From an uncultured Hyphomonadaceae bacterium (lineage in GTDB: Bacteria; Pseudomonadota; Alphaproteobacteria; Caulobacterales; Hyphomonadaceae): a stretch of DNA of 64,000 nucleotides. Position 1 is the stretch's first letter; each line of letters begins with the position of its first letter. The stretch spans positions 13,296 through 77,295 of the forward strand of contig CAZDMQ010000004.1 of the NCBI GenBank assembly GCA_964506685.1, in the 5' to 3' direction. The translations under genes were made by a program, and so were the position numbers. Below are positions 20,419 to 29,290 of the stretch, one piece after another. A model generated the notes under the pieces. It saw nothing but the letters and a program-made list of their open reading frames with translations. It had not been told where the DNA came from and ran no database searches.

Positions 20419-21231
20419 ATGTCATCATCATTCCGCATCGAGGATGCCGACTACACCCGCTTCAAGTTCGCTCGCGAGGGGCGCGTTCTGACCGCCATCA
20501 TTTCAGGGGCCAATCCCGTCAACGGCGTGGACGGGCCGATGCATGACGAACTGGCCCGGGTCTTCACAGACCTGCAGCGCGATGATGCCAGCGACATCAT
20601 CATCCTCACCGCCGAGGGCCGGGCTTTCTGCGCCGGGGGCGATTTCGACTGGTTCGCCGAGCAGATCGACGATCCGGCGAAATTCCGCGCGATTGCCTGG
20701 GACGCCAAGCGGATCGTCTCGACCCTCCTGGAGATGGAAAAGCCGATCCTCTGCCGCCTGAATGGCGCAGCCGCCGGGCTCGGCGCGACCATCGCACTGC
20801 TCTGCGACATCATCATCGCCGACGAGACCGCAAAGATCGGCGACCCGCACGTGAAGGTCGGCCTTGTCGCCGGCGATGGCGGCGCGCTGATCTGGCCCCA
20901 GCTTATCGGCTATGCCAAGGCCAAGGAACTGCTCATGACCGGCGACCTGCTGAGCGCGGCTGAGGCGCAGGGGCTGGGGCTGATCAACTATGCCGTGCCC
21001 GCGAGCGAGCTTGACGCAAAGGTCGCCGAACTCGTCGCCAAGCTTCAGGGCAATCCGAAATGGGCCGTGCGCTGGACCAAATCCGTCACCAATATCCCGC
21101 TGCGCGCGCTTGCGGCGCAGCTCATGGACGCGTCTGTCGGCTGGGAGAGCGTGTCGAATTATCTCGACGATCGCCGTGAAGCGGTGAGAGCGACGATGGA
21201 CAAGCGCAAGCCGGACCTGACGGGAAATTGA
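20419..21231 (+). CDS. enoyl-CoA hydratase/isomerase family protein
   Basis: Crotonase-fold motifs (FCAGGDF, and GAAAGLGA in the oxyanion region). 270 aa. Confidence 0.85.
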   Translation: MSSSFRIEDADYTRFKFAREGRVLTAIISGANPVNGVDGPMHDELARVFTDLQRDDASDIIILTAEGRAFCAGGDFDWFAEQIDDPAKFRAIAWDAKRIVSTLLEMEKPILCRLNGAAAGLGATIALLCDIIIADETAKIGDPHVKVGLVAGDGGALIWPQLIGYAKAKELLMTGDLLSAAEAQGLGLINYAVPASELDAKVAELVAKLQGNPKWAVRWTKSVTNIPLRALAAQLMDASVGWESVSNYLDDRREAVRATMDKRKPDLTGN

Positions 21232-21256
21232 CGACGCGGGGGAGGGGTATTACATT

Positions 21257-21547
21257 TTGGCGATGAGTAATACTGAAGCCGCAACCTATCGCCTGACCAA
21301 AAAGGGTCAGGTCACGATCCCGAAGGCTGTGCGCGATGCACTCCGTCTGAAGGAAGGCGATGCCGTCGTCTTCGAGGTGGAGAACGGGCGTGCCATCGTT
21401 CGCAAGGTCTTCAGTCCGGAAGCGTACGAAGCCGCCGTGCGACGCATGGCTGGCAGCGTCGATACTGGCGGACAGATGACCGATGAGATCATGGACGAGC
21501 TGCGGCCCTGGCGGGTGGACGAAGCGCATCTGTTCGAGTCTGAATGA
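21257..21547 (+). CDS. vapB: AbrB/SpoVT-type antitoxin VapB
   Basis: The TKKGQVTIPKAVRDALRLKEGDAV swapped-hairpin motif. A GGAGGGG Shine-Dalgarno sequence lies upstream. Start is TTG 21257 or ATG 21263. ATGA overlap with vapC. Confidence 0.8.
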   Translation: MAMSNTEAATYRLTKKGQVTIPKAVRDALRLKEGDAVVFEVENGRAIVRKVFSPEAYEAAVRRMAGSVDTGGQMTDEIMDELRPWRVDEAHLFESE

Positions 21548-21942
21548 GCACACATCTCGACACCAATATCCTGATCGATATCTTCACTCAGGATTCAGAT
21601 TGGTTTGAATGGTCGCTGGCGTCGATGCGAGATCTGGCTGAGCGTGGCCTTGTCATGACATCCGTTGTCTATGCTGAAGCATCAACGCGCTTTGCTGACC
21701 GGGCCGGTTTCGATGCCAGGCTTTCCGTGCTTTCGGTGCAGCTTGCGCAGCCCTCCAGGCAGGCTCTTTTTGTGGCCGCAAAAGCGCATGCGGTCTACCG
21801 CCGTCGCGGTGGCGCACGCAGCACCACCCTCCCCGATTTCTTCATCGGAGCCCATGCGATGGTCGCGGGTGTGCCGCTTCTCACGCGTGACCCGGCTCGT
21901 TTTCGCACCTACTTCCCCAACCTGGAACTGATCGCCCCATGA
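21544..21942 (+). CDS. vapC: PIN-domain ribonuclease toxin VapC
   Basis: N-terminal LDTNILID (first acidic PIN residue), later acidic residues, and a LLTRD motif near the C-terminus. 132 aa. Confidence 0.85.
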   Translation: MSTHLDTNILIDIFTQDSDWFEWSLASMRDLAERGLVMTSVVYAEASTRFADRAGFDARLSVLSVQLAQPSRQALFVAAKAHAVYRRRGGARSTTLPDFFIGAHAMVAGVPLLTRDPARFRTYFPNLELIAP

Positions 21943-23105
21943 CCCACGCCTCTTTCGCCCCTGAACCCGACCATGTCACCGAGATCCGCCGCCAGCTGCA
22001 GCGCTGGGTGGCCGGGAAGATGCCGCGCGAGAAGCGGATCGCTTGGGACAAGGCCGCCACATGGGATCGCGCCTTGTTCGCCGAAATCGCCGAAATGGGC
22101 CTGATCGGCCTCACCATCCCTGAGGAATATGGCGGCGCAGGACAGGATATCCTTGCCGCCACGGCCGTGATCGAGGAGCTCTGCCAGGGCGGGCCGACCA
22201 TGGCGGGCCCATACATCCACGCCGCCTTCTATGGTGGGATGAACCTCGCCGAAAACGGTACCGAGGCGCAGAAGCAGGAATGGTTGCCGAAGCTCGCCCG
22301 CGGCGAGATCTTCTTCTGTTACGGCCTGTCGGAACCCAATGTCGGCGGCGACCTTGCCAGTGTCGAGACCCGCGCGGAGCGCGATGGCGACGAGATCGTG
22401 GTCAATGGCGCCAAGCGCTGGTGCACCGGTGCGGACTGGTCGGACTATATCTATTGCCTGGTGCGCACTGGCCCGGCCGAGGAGAAACGCGCGAACCTCT
22501 CTTTCCTCATCATCCCGACAGATACGCCCGGCCTCTCGATGCAGCCGCTTCATCATTCCAATCTGCGCTACACCAGGTCAATGGATGTCTATTTCGACGA
22601 TGTGCGCCTGCCCCTGAGCGCCATTGTCGGCGGCGAGGCGATGTGGAACCAGGGGTTCCGGATGCTGACGGGCCGCGCCCTCGATGTCGAGAAGATCGAG
22701 ATCACCGCGGTCGCCTATGGCATCGCCCGCGCTGCGCTGGAGGAGGCCTGGGCCTATGCCCAGGAGCGGGTGCAGTTCGGCAAGCCGATCGCCCGGCACC
22801 AGGCGATCCGCCACAAGCTGGTCACCGCGCGTACAAAGCTCGCCGCGTGCCGGCATATGCTCTACCACGGCGCATGGCTGGCCAGTGAAGGCCTGCCGTG
22901 CTCGGTCGAGACCTCCATGGCCAAGCTGTTCGTCGCTGATACCGGGGTCGAGATTGCGCTGGCCTGCCAGCAGGTCATGGGCGCCTATGGCCTCTCGGAC
23001 GCCTGGGACATGGAGCGCAATGTCCGCGACCTGCTCGGCATGCCCATCGTCGGCGGCTCATCAGACATGCAGAAGAACAATCTCGCGACCATGCTGCGGC
23101 TTTAA
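21939..23105 (+). CDS. acyl-CoA dehydrogenase
   Basis: 388 aa. ACAD motifs present (YGLSEPNVGGD, and GGSSDMQKN near the catalytic base region). Start overlaps the vapC stop (ATGA). Confidence 0.9.
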   Translation: MTHASFAPEPDHVTEIRRQLQRWVAGKMPREKRIAWDKAATWDRALFAEIAEMGLIGLTIPEEYGGAGQDILAATAVIEELCQGGPTMAGPYIHAAFYGGMNLAENGTEAQKQEWLPKLARGEIFFCYGLSEPNVGGDLASVETRAERDGDEIVVNGAKRWCTGADWSDYIYCLVRTGPAEEKRANLSFLIIPTDTPGLSMQPLHHSNLRYTRSMDVYFDDVRLPLSAIVGGEAMWNQGFRMLTGRALDVEKIEITAVAYGIARAALEEAWAYAQERVQFGKPIARHQAIRHKLVTARTKLAACRHMLYHGAWLASEGLPCSVETSMAKLFVADTGVEIALACQQVMGAYGLSDAWDMERNVRDLLGMPIVGGSSDMQKNNLATMLRL

Positions 23106-24358
23106 GCCAGCCTGACAAGCGCGTGGCGTTTCTTGCCGGCGGAGAGTTTGGCGGCGCCGTCGGCGCCGAAGTCGGCGAGCGAGAGTGCGGCGTTCTGGTC
23201 GGTCACGGCCGCATCATTGAGCTTTGCCGCCCCCTGCTTGATCAGCCGACGGGCCGCGCCATTGGTTTCCGTAAGGCCCGCTGCGGTGAAGGCCGCCGCC
23301 ACGAGGAAGGTGCCGGCCTCGACCTCATCCGCGCTGAGCTCGACGCTCGGCAGGGCGTCCGCCGACCCGCCACCGGCGAACACGGCCGCTGCGGCCGCTT
23401 CGGCTTCCTGCGCGGCGGCCTCACCGTGCAGCATCGCCGTGGCGGCATTGGCGAGTGCACGCTTCGCGCTGTTGATCTCGGCGCCGTCCAGCGCCTCGAG
23501 CCGGGCGATCTCGTCAAGCGGCAGATCAGTGAACAGTCGCAGGAAGCGGCCGACATCGGCATCCTCGGTGTTGCGCCAGAACTGCCAGTATTCATAGGGA
23601 CTGCGCTTGTCGGCGTTGAGCCAGACCGCGCCATCGGCGGTCTTGCCCATCTTTCCGCCGGACGCCGTGGTGATCAGCGGGCAGGTGAGCCCGTAGACCT
23701 CCCGGCCATCGGCCTTGTGATTGAGATCGACCCCGGCGACGATGTTGCCCCACTGGTCAGACCCGCCCATCTGGATCAGGCAGTCCTGCCGGCGGGCGAG
23801 CTCCAGGAAATCATAGGCCTGCAGCAGCGTGTAGTTGAACTCCAGGAAGGTGTAGGGCTGTTCATTGGCGAGCCGCCGGGCCACGGTGTCCTGCTTGACC
23901 ATGGTGTTGATGGTGAAGTACCGGCCGGTCTCGCGCAGGAACTGGATATAGCCCAGCGCATCGAGCCAGTCGGCATTGTTGACCATTACCGCGTCCGTCG
24001 GCCCCTCTCCGAAGGTGAGGAAGGGCTCGAATGCATTGCGGATACCCTCGGCATTCCGGGCAATTTCGGCCTCGGTCAGGATCGGACGCGACGTTTCCTT
24101 GTCTGTCGGATCGCCGATCTTCGTCGTCCCGCCGCCGATCAGGACAATCGGCTTGCCGCCGGCCTGCTGCAGCCGGCGCAGCATCATGATCCCCACCAGT
24201 GAGCCGACATGCAGGCTGTCAGCGGTTGCATCGAAGCCGATATAGGCCGTCGGCACGCCCTTCGCGCAATAGCCATCCAGCGGGCCCTCATGGGTCTGTT
24301 GCTTCACATAGCCCCGCTCGTGCAGCGTGCGCAGGAAGGCGGACTTGTATTTGGCCAC
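23102..24358 (-). CDS. tyrS: tyrosine--tRNA ligase
   Basis: HIGH-like SLHVGS and KMSKS-like KMGKT motifs, with an S4-like C-terminus. GTG start at 24358 preceded by GGAGAGA. The ORF track's 587-aa extension is not TyrRS-like. Confidence 0.9.
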   Translation of the reverse strand: MAKYKSAFLRTLHERGYVKQQTHEGPLDGYCAKGVPTAYIGFDATADSLHVGSLVGIMMLRRLQQAGGKPIVLIGGGTTKIGDPTDKETSRPILTEAEIARNAEGIRNAFEPFLTFGEGPTDAVMVNNADWLDALGYIQFLRETGRYFTINTMVKQDTVARRLANEQPYTFLEFNYTLLQAYDFLELARRQDCLIQMGGSDQWGNIVAGVDLNHKADGREVYGLTCPLITTASGGKMGKTADGAVWLNADKRSPYEYWQFWRNTEDADVGRFLRLFTDLPLDEIARLEALDGAEINSAKRALANAATAMLHGEAAAQEAEAAAAAVFAGGGSADALPSVELSADEVEAGTFLVAAAFTAAGLTETNGAARRLIKQGAAKLNDAAVTDQNAALSLADFGADGAAKLSAGKKRHALVRLA

Positions 24359-24380
24359 ATCTCTCTCCAAACCTCGGCAG

Positions 24381-25535
24381 ATGAGCGTCTTAGGGAAGGA
24401 GTGCGCCGTGGACAACGCCCTCGCCGGGGATGCGCCCATTTGGGTCGTCGGTTTCATGTCCGGCACCTCGCTCGACGCGGTCGATGCGGCGATGATCCTC
24501 ACTGACGGGACCGCAGTGCTCGACTGGGGACCGGTGGCCGAGCGCAAGTACACCGGCGAGGAGCGCGACGGGCTGGCCCGTGCGGTCGAGGCGGCCCGCG
24601 ACTGGGGCTTTTCCGGGCCGCAGCCGGATGAGTCGTTCGCCCGCGCCCGTGACATTCTCACCCGGACCCACGCCGAGGCCTTCGAGTCCCTGTTGGCCGG
24701 CTGGAGCGGCCCGGCGCCGGGCCTCGCCGGCGTGCATGGCCAGACGGTGCTGCATCGTCGCCCAACTGCGGACAGGTCCGGGGCAACCTTGCAGTTGCTC
24801 GACGCTGCGGCGCTGCGCGCCCGGCTCGGCCTGCCCATTGCCCATGACTTCCGCAGCGACGACATCGCCGCCGGCGGGGAGGGGGCGCCGCTCGCCCCGG
24901 CCTATCACGCTGCACTGATGGACCGGCTCGGCGCCGGCCCCCTCGCCGCGCTCAACCTTGGCGGGGTCGCAAACATCACCGCCCGCCTCGGGGACGGACG
25001 TGTCATCGCCTTCGACACCGGCCCGGCCAATGGCCCGATAGACGAATGGGTCGCCGGCCATGGCCGCGGCCGCTGTGACACGGGCGGCCGGTTCGCAGCC
25101 GCCGGCGCCGTGCACGAAGGCCTGCTGGCGCAGCTATTCGAGCATCCGTGGTTCGCCATGGCGCCACCGAAATCGCTCGACCGTTATGACTTCAACGCCA
25201 GCCTGGCGCGTGGGCTGACCTTCGAGGATGGCGCGGCCACCTTGACGGCCTTTTCCGCGCGTGCGGTCGCCGCCGGTCTCGCCCAGTTGCCCGAGCGGCC
25301 GGACAAGCTCATCGCCTGCGGGGGCGGACGTCACAACCCGGTCCTGATGGCCATGCTGGCGGCGGCCTGTCCCTGCCCTGTGATCACCGCCGAGCAGGCG
25401 GGCTGGCGCGGTGACAGTATCGAAGCGGAGGCCTTCGCTTTCCTGGCTCGCCGCAGCGTCCGGCAGCTGCCGATCAGCTGGCCCGAAACAACCGGCGTCC
25501 GGGCCCCCCGGACCGGCGGTCGCCTGCTCGCCTGA
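24381..25535 (+). CDS. anmK: anhydro-N-acetylmuramic acid kinase
   Basis: GFMSGTSLDAVD N-terminal motif. Divergent from tyrS, which is conserved synteny. GTG at 24408, after GGAAGGA, is an alternative start. Confidence 0.85.
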   Translation: MSVLGKECAVDNALAGDAPIWVVGFMSGTSLDAVDAAMILTDGTAVLDWGPVAERKYTGEERDGLARAVEAARDWGFSGPQPDESFARARDILTRTHAEAFESLLAGWSGPAPGLAGVHGQTVLHRRPTADRSGATLQLLDAAALRARLGLPIAHDFRSDDIAAGGEGAPLAPAYHAALMDRLGAGPLAALNLGGVANITARLGDGRVIAFDTGPANGPIDEWVAGHGRGRCDTGGRFAAAGAVHEGLLAQLFEHPWFAMAPPKSLDRYDFNASLARGLTFEDGAATLTAFSARAVAAGLAQLPERPDKLIACGGGRHNPVLMAMLAAACPCPVITAEQAGWRGDSIEAEAFAFLARRSVRQLPISWPETTGVRAPRTGGRLLA

Positions 25536-25544
25536 CGGGCCGGT

Positions 25545-25565
25545 CGGTCCGGTCCGGTCGGACCG
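25545..25565. terminator. possible bidirectional hairpin between convergent genes
   Basis: CGGTCCG-gtccggt-CGGACCG, a 7-bp stem with a 7-nt loop. No T-run follows. Confidence 0.3.
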
Positions 25566-25608
25566 CTCATGGCTGAAAGGCACTCTGCCCGAAGAAGGTC
25601 AGCCGGGT

Positions 25609-26913
25609 TCAGCCATAGGATGAGGACGAGAACCGTCCACGCCATTCGCGATGGGCGGCATGGGCGGCGAGCCAGAACAGGAGCACGAGAGCGGCTGCCA
25701 GGCCAATCGCTTGAGCCACGGAATATTTCGACACCTTCGCACCCGTCCGGGCAAGGTCCAGCACCCCTTCGCCCAGCCTGGCCTCGAGGGCCGGTGCCCG
25801 GTCGTCGCCGGCTTCGACGACGGTGCGCAGCCGGCGCAGGTCTTCGCGGGTCCTGACATGTTCGATGAGGGAGACGGCTGTCACGCTTGAGGAGGACTCC
25901 ACGATCGCGCTGATCTGTCTGAGGTCCTGCATCAGCCTGTCGAAACCGGCCGGTGCCACGGCTGCGCGGAACGCCTCGGCGACCGCCTCCGCGTGATTCC
26001 CCAGCGGGGTATCGGAGTCGAGCGCGGCTGTGAGGTTCTGGCGCAGCGGCGGCGCGGGCAGGGCGATGTCGAGCGCGCGCTCCAGCCGATCAACATAGGC
26101 CGGGCGGAGCCGGTCGGCTCGCAGGGCCGATCGCAGCACGGAGACAGCCTGCGCCGCAGCTTCGGGCGAGAGGCCAGCAAGGCGCGTTTCGTCGAATTCG
26201 GCGGCGAGAAGCCCGATGCCCGTCAGGCGCAATTCGATGCCGCTGTCCTCAGGGTCGCGCAGCCAGCGGCGACTGTGGCGGGCCAGGTCACCGAAGGTGC
26301 CGAGCAGCGAGAATTGTGGCGCGTCATTGTCAGGGCGCGGCGGGGTGATCGGACGGTCGCCGAGGGATGCCGACTGGACGGGGACGGGGCTCGCCGGCGA
26401 CACGCCCAGCAATTCGTCCGGCGAGGTGGGTCGTGGCGCCGGGTCGGACAGGACCGTGATCGGCTGCAGCGCGTTTTCGTATCGGGCCCGGACATCGTTT
26501 GGCAGGAACAGGACCGCAGCGCGCAGGAGCTTCTGGTCCTCCGTGCCAAAGGGGTCGTCGCCTGCGGCCGCGAAAATGGCCCGGCTGTCCTTGGGGTCGA
26601 GGATGTGCGGCGCGCCGACCAGGAAGCCGCGCGCAGCGGGGAGGTTGTCCTCCCGCAGGGCCTTGTCGACGAGGCTGGCCCAGTAAGCGCGGCGATTGAC
26701 ACCGCGGGGCACGAGTTCGCCGAAGGCCGTGTCGATACGGCTGCGAGTCGCAAGGATCGATTCGATGTTCGGCTGGGCAGCGAATGTCCGGGTTGCGAAC
26801 ACCCCGCCCACGGCCTGGGCCGCAAGGATGGGCGTTGCGAGCATGACCGTGTTGAACACGACCGCCTGCAGCCAGCCCGGCGAAGGTCTACCCTTCCGGT
26901 GTTTCAGCGTCAT
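25609..26913 (-). CDS. hypothetical bitopic/double-anchored membrane protein
   Basis: 434 aa. TM helices at both ends and a Pro-rich linker in the middle. Its composition looks protein-like, unlike the Arg/Gly-rich antisense ORF. No family recognised. Confidence 0.6.
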   Translation of the reverse strand: MTLKHRKGRPSPGWLQAVVFNTVMLATPILAAQAVGGVFATRTFAAQPNIESILATRSRIDTAFGELVPRGVNRRAYWASLVDKALREDNLPAARGFLVGAPHILDPKDSRAIFAAAGDDPFGTEDQKLLRAAVLFLPNDVRARYENALQPITVLSDPAPRPTSPDELLGVSPASPVPVQSASLGDRPITPPRPDNDAPQFSLLGTFGDLARHSRRWLRDPEDSGIELRLTGIGLLAAEFDETRLAGLSPEAAAQAVSVLRSALRADRLRPAYVDRLERALDIALPAPPLRQNLTAALDSDTPLGNHAEAVAEAFRAAVAPAGFDRLMQDLRQISAIVESSSSVTAVSLIEHVRTREDLRRLRTVVEAGDDRAPALEARLGEGVLDLARTGAKVSKYSVAQAIGLAAALVLLFWLAAHAAHREWRGRFSSSSYG

Positions 26914-27205
26914 TGCGACCAGTCCTGGGAAACCGTGTACAAGGGCCTATAGGTCACGTTCGGTGCACCGGGATCAAGGGGGCAAGGCAGGCTGCGGCCA
27001 CAAGGCAATCTCCGGCAACGGAGCGAACCGCCGATGGCCCGGCAATTGCTTGAGTGGCCACAAGCACTTGCAACTGCAAACAAGTGAGCGCCCGTCTCGA
27101 AAATGTCGCAGAATTCAGCGACAGCCCATCACGCGAAAGTGGCGCAATCGACGTTGCAGCAGGTCCCGCACGGCGATATAGCGTCGCGAAACGGTAGAGG
27201 AAACG

Positions 27206-27625
27206 GTGATGAGTGATCCTGACTTCAAGGGGTACAAGCCGGATGAAGGCGAACCGTTCATGTGCGAGCGGCAACAAGCCTACTTCCGGGCCAAGCTCGA
27301 AGCCTGGAAGAGCGATATCCTGAACGGCTCGAAGGAAACGATCAGCAACCTGCAGCAGGACTCAGCGGCGCTCCCCGATCTTGTCGACCGGGCCTCCGCC
27401 GAAAGCGACAAGGCGCTCGAACTGCGCACCCGTGACCGCCAGCGCAAACTGATCTCGAAGATCGACGCGGCCCTCCGCCGCATCGACGAAGGCACTTACG
27501 GATATTGCGAGATGACCGGCGAGCCGATCAGCCTGCGCCGCCTCGAAGCGCGGCCGACGGCAACCCTGAGCCTCGAGGCTCAGGAAGCCCATGAGCGCCG
27601 GGAGCGTACCGTTCGCGACGATTGA
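27206..27625 (+). CDS. dksA: RNA polymerase-binding transcription factor DksA (one-Cys type)
   Basis: Coiled-coil region with a DxxDxA tip (DLVDRASAESD). C-terminal YGYCEMTGEPISLRRLEARPTATLSLEAQ, in which only one of the four zinc-finger Cys positions is kept. Confidence 0.9.
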   Translation: MMSDPDFKGYKPDEGEPFMCERQQAYFRAKLEAWKSDILNGSKETISNLQQDSAALPDLVDRASAESDKALELRTRDRQRKLISKIDAALRRIDEGTYGYCEMTGEPISLRRLEARPTATLSLEAQEAHERRERTVRDD

Positions 27626-27913
27626 GTCTGCGGTGACAGGGGTGGCGGGCCGGCGCGGTTGGCTGGCGCAACGTGCAAGCCTCGGTAGCGGCCATCATGC
27701 CGGCAGGCGTAACTGCGAGGGACCAGCGGCAGGCCAACCGAGGGGGTCGATACCTGCCGCGTCCTTCACCCAACGCCCGGCGGATTATCGCTTGCCGATC
27801 CGTATGCGTCCTATCTAGCCTGCAGAGTGCAAAGAGAATCCTAAGGCGGAACGGATTCCTTTCGCAGGAGGGAAAAAAGCAGCGAATCCCGACAGGCTGG
27901 AGAAAGTGAAGTC

Positions 27914-27929
27914 CTAACCTTCCCTTAAC
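27914..27929 (+). promoter_or_regulatory. CtrA-box-like site (cTAA-N7-TTAAC)
   Basis: CTAACCTTCCCTTAAC lies 20-45 bp upstream of the candidate starts of the FliM-like gene. One mismatch to TTAA-N7-TTAAC. Confidence 0.25.
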
Positions 27930-27947
27930 CACATCACTGCAGAGCTG

Positions 27948-29078
27948 GTGGTCAGCCAAGGCGAGCGCTACCCGATGACCACGCCCCCGAGCGATCCGCA
28001 TGCGCCGCGTTCACCGCAACCGGCCCGCCCGACCCAGTCGGTCCCAGGCGCAGCCCGGGGCGGACAGCTCAAGTCTGACAACCTGCGATTGCCCGACCCC
28101 GATGCGGGAAAACTGCCGAAGAGTGCCCGCAACGTCCTCAGCCGGGAAGAGATCGACGCCCTGCTCAATCCCGATCTCGATGACCTCCCCGTTGCGCCCG
28201 CCGGCACGCCCGGGGCAGGACGCGGGCGTGCCTCCCCTCTGGCAGACCTCGACAACGAAGCCGCGCAGGCCCTGACTGCGGCCTGCGACGGACTGGTCGC
28301 CCGGCTCTCGCATGCCTTCCAGGCCAGGGAAGCCGTCGGTGCGGTCCTCCGACTCGCGACCGCCGAGACCCGACCGTTCCGGGCAACCGTTGATGGCTGT
28401 CCGGGCGGCGGCGTCTTCGTCTGCCTGTCTGGCGAGGACAATCGCGTCGGTGCGGTCCTCGTCCTGTCGAAGGACGCGGCCAGTGCGCTCATCGAACGGG
28501 CCGGCGGCGCCAGCGAGGCGCTTGCGCTGTCCGCGCCCGCCAGGGTCCTCACCTCCCTGGACGAGGCGTTGCTTGCGGAAGGGCTGCAACCCCTGTTCGC
28601 CCTCTTTCCCGACCTTACCCGTGCAAGGGTCCATGCCGACCGGCTTCGGGCTGGCGCGACTGTGCCGCCGGGCGACGCCATCCGACTTTCCCTCACCCTG
28701 CAGATCGGGACCCGGGCCTGGCCGGTGACGTTGCTGCTCGACACCCGGTTGCTCGCCCGCACTGGTGGCCGCCTGTCCGGAGATGACCAGAGCGTTCAGC
28801 CTCGCGCGCCGGAGGGCGATGGGGGACGCCGCAAGGCGGCAGAGGTGGGATCGCTGACGGTGGTGCTCTCGGCCAGGATCGCCTCGCTCACGGTGCCCCT
28901 GTCGACCGTTTCCGATCTCCGGCCCGGTATGACCCTGCGCCTTGGCCTGCCGGCCGACAGCCCTGTGACCCTCCATAGTGGGGGACCATCCGGCGAGGAT
29001 GTTGCCGCCGGCCTGCCCGGTCGCGAGGGCGAACGGATTGCCATCCGGCTTACCCGGAAGCGCCAGCGCTACTCCTGA
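27948..29078 (+). CDS. flagellar motor switch protein FliM-like (FliM/FliN SpoA family)
   Basis: N-terminal LSREEIDALLNP motif, as in the FliM/FliN N-termini. C-terminal SpoA/FliN-like segment (LTVPLSTVSDLRPGMTLRL...IAIRLT). Start is GTG 27948 or ATG 27975. Confidence 0.6.
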   Translation: MVSQGERYPMTTPPSDPHAPRSPQPARPTQSVPGAARGGQLKSDNLRLPDPDAGKLPKSARNVLSREEIDALLNPDLDDLPVAPAGTPGAGRGRASPLADLDNEAAQALTAACDGLVARLSHAFQAREAVGAVLRLATAETRPFRATVDGCPGGGVFVCLSGEDNRVGAVLVLSKDAASALIERAGGASEALALSAPARVLTSLDEALLAEGLQPLFALFPDLTRARVHADRLRAGATVPPGDAIRLSLTLQIGTRAWPVTLLLDTRLLARTGGRLSGDDQSVQPRAPEGDGGRRKAAEVGSLTVVLSARIASLTVPLSTVSDLRPGMTLRLGLPADSPVTLHSGGPSGEDVAAGLPGREGERIAIRLTRKRQRYS

Positions 29079-29290
29079 CGACCTGCGTCGCAATAGACCG
29101 CGTATATCCTGCACGGCCGGGCCGGACGGGTGCGCCCATTATTTGTGCGGCCTGCTGAAATATACGGCGCTCGATGGTCGCCCATCCACGGCATGACAAA
29201 AGTTTGACAAAACCGGATGACGGTTGGATTCGGGATCTTTACTTCGAGGCTCGGTAGGGAACTCAGGTCAAAACAAGGAGGGGTCTTTCC

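Noticed and set aside
23102-23105. The acyl-CoA dehydrogenase and tyrS genes end on the shared palindrome TTAA (overlapping stop codons on opposite strands).
   Set aside because: Real, but a trivial consequence of compact convergent genes. No hairpin or other signal is associated.
27067-27077. The 11-mer CTTGCAACTGC, shared between the dksA upstream region and 18692..18702, each within a small inverted repeat.
   Set aside because: In 64 kb on both strands, hundreds of shared 11-mers are expected by chance. The surrounding sequence is not similar.
27845-27866. Possible sigma-54 promoter (GG...GC) upstream of the FliM-like gene, in ggcggaacggattcctttcgca.
   Set aside because: GG-to-GC spacing does not fit TGGCAC-N5-TTGC (offsets of 11 or 16 instead of 12), and the flanking consensus bases are missing.
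29079-29290. Possible riboswitch or Fur/Irr box in the 5' region of the TonB-dependent receptor.
   Set aside because: I could not recognise cobalamin, TPP or other riboswitch cores, nor a Fur-box or ICE-like palindrome. Only a TTGACA-like hexamer is present.
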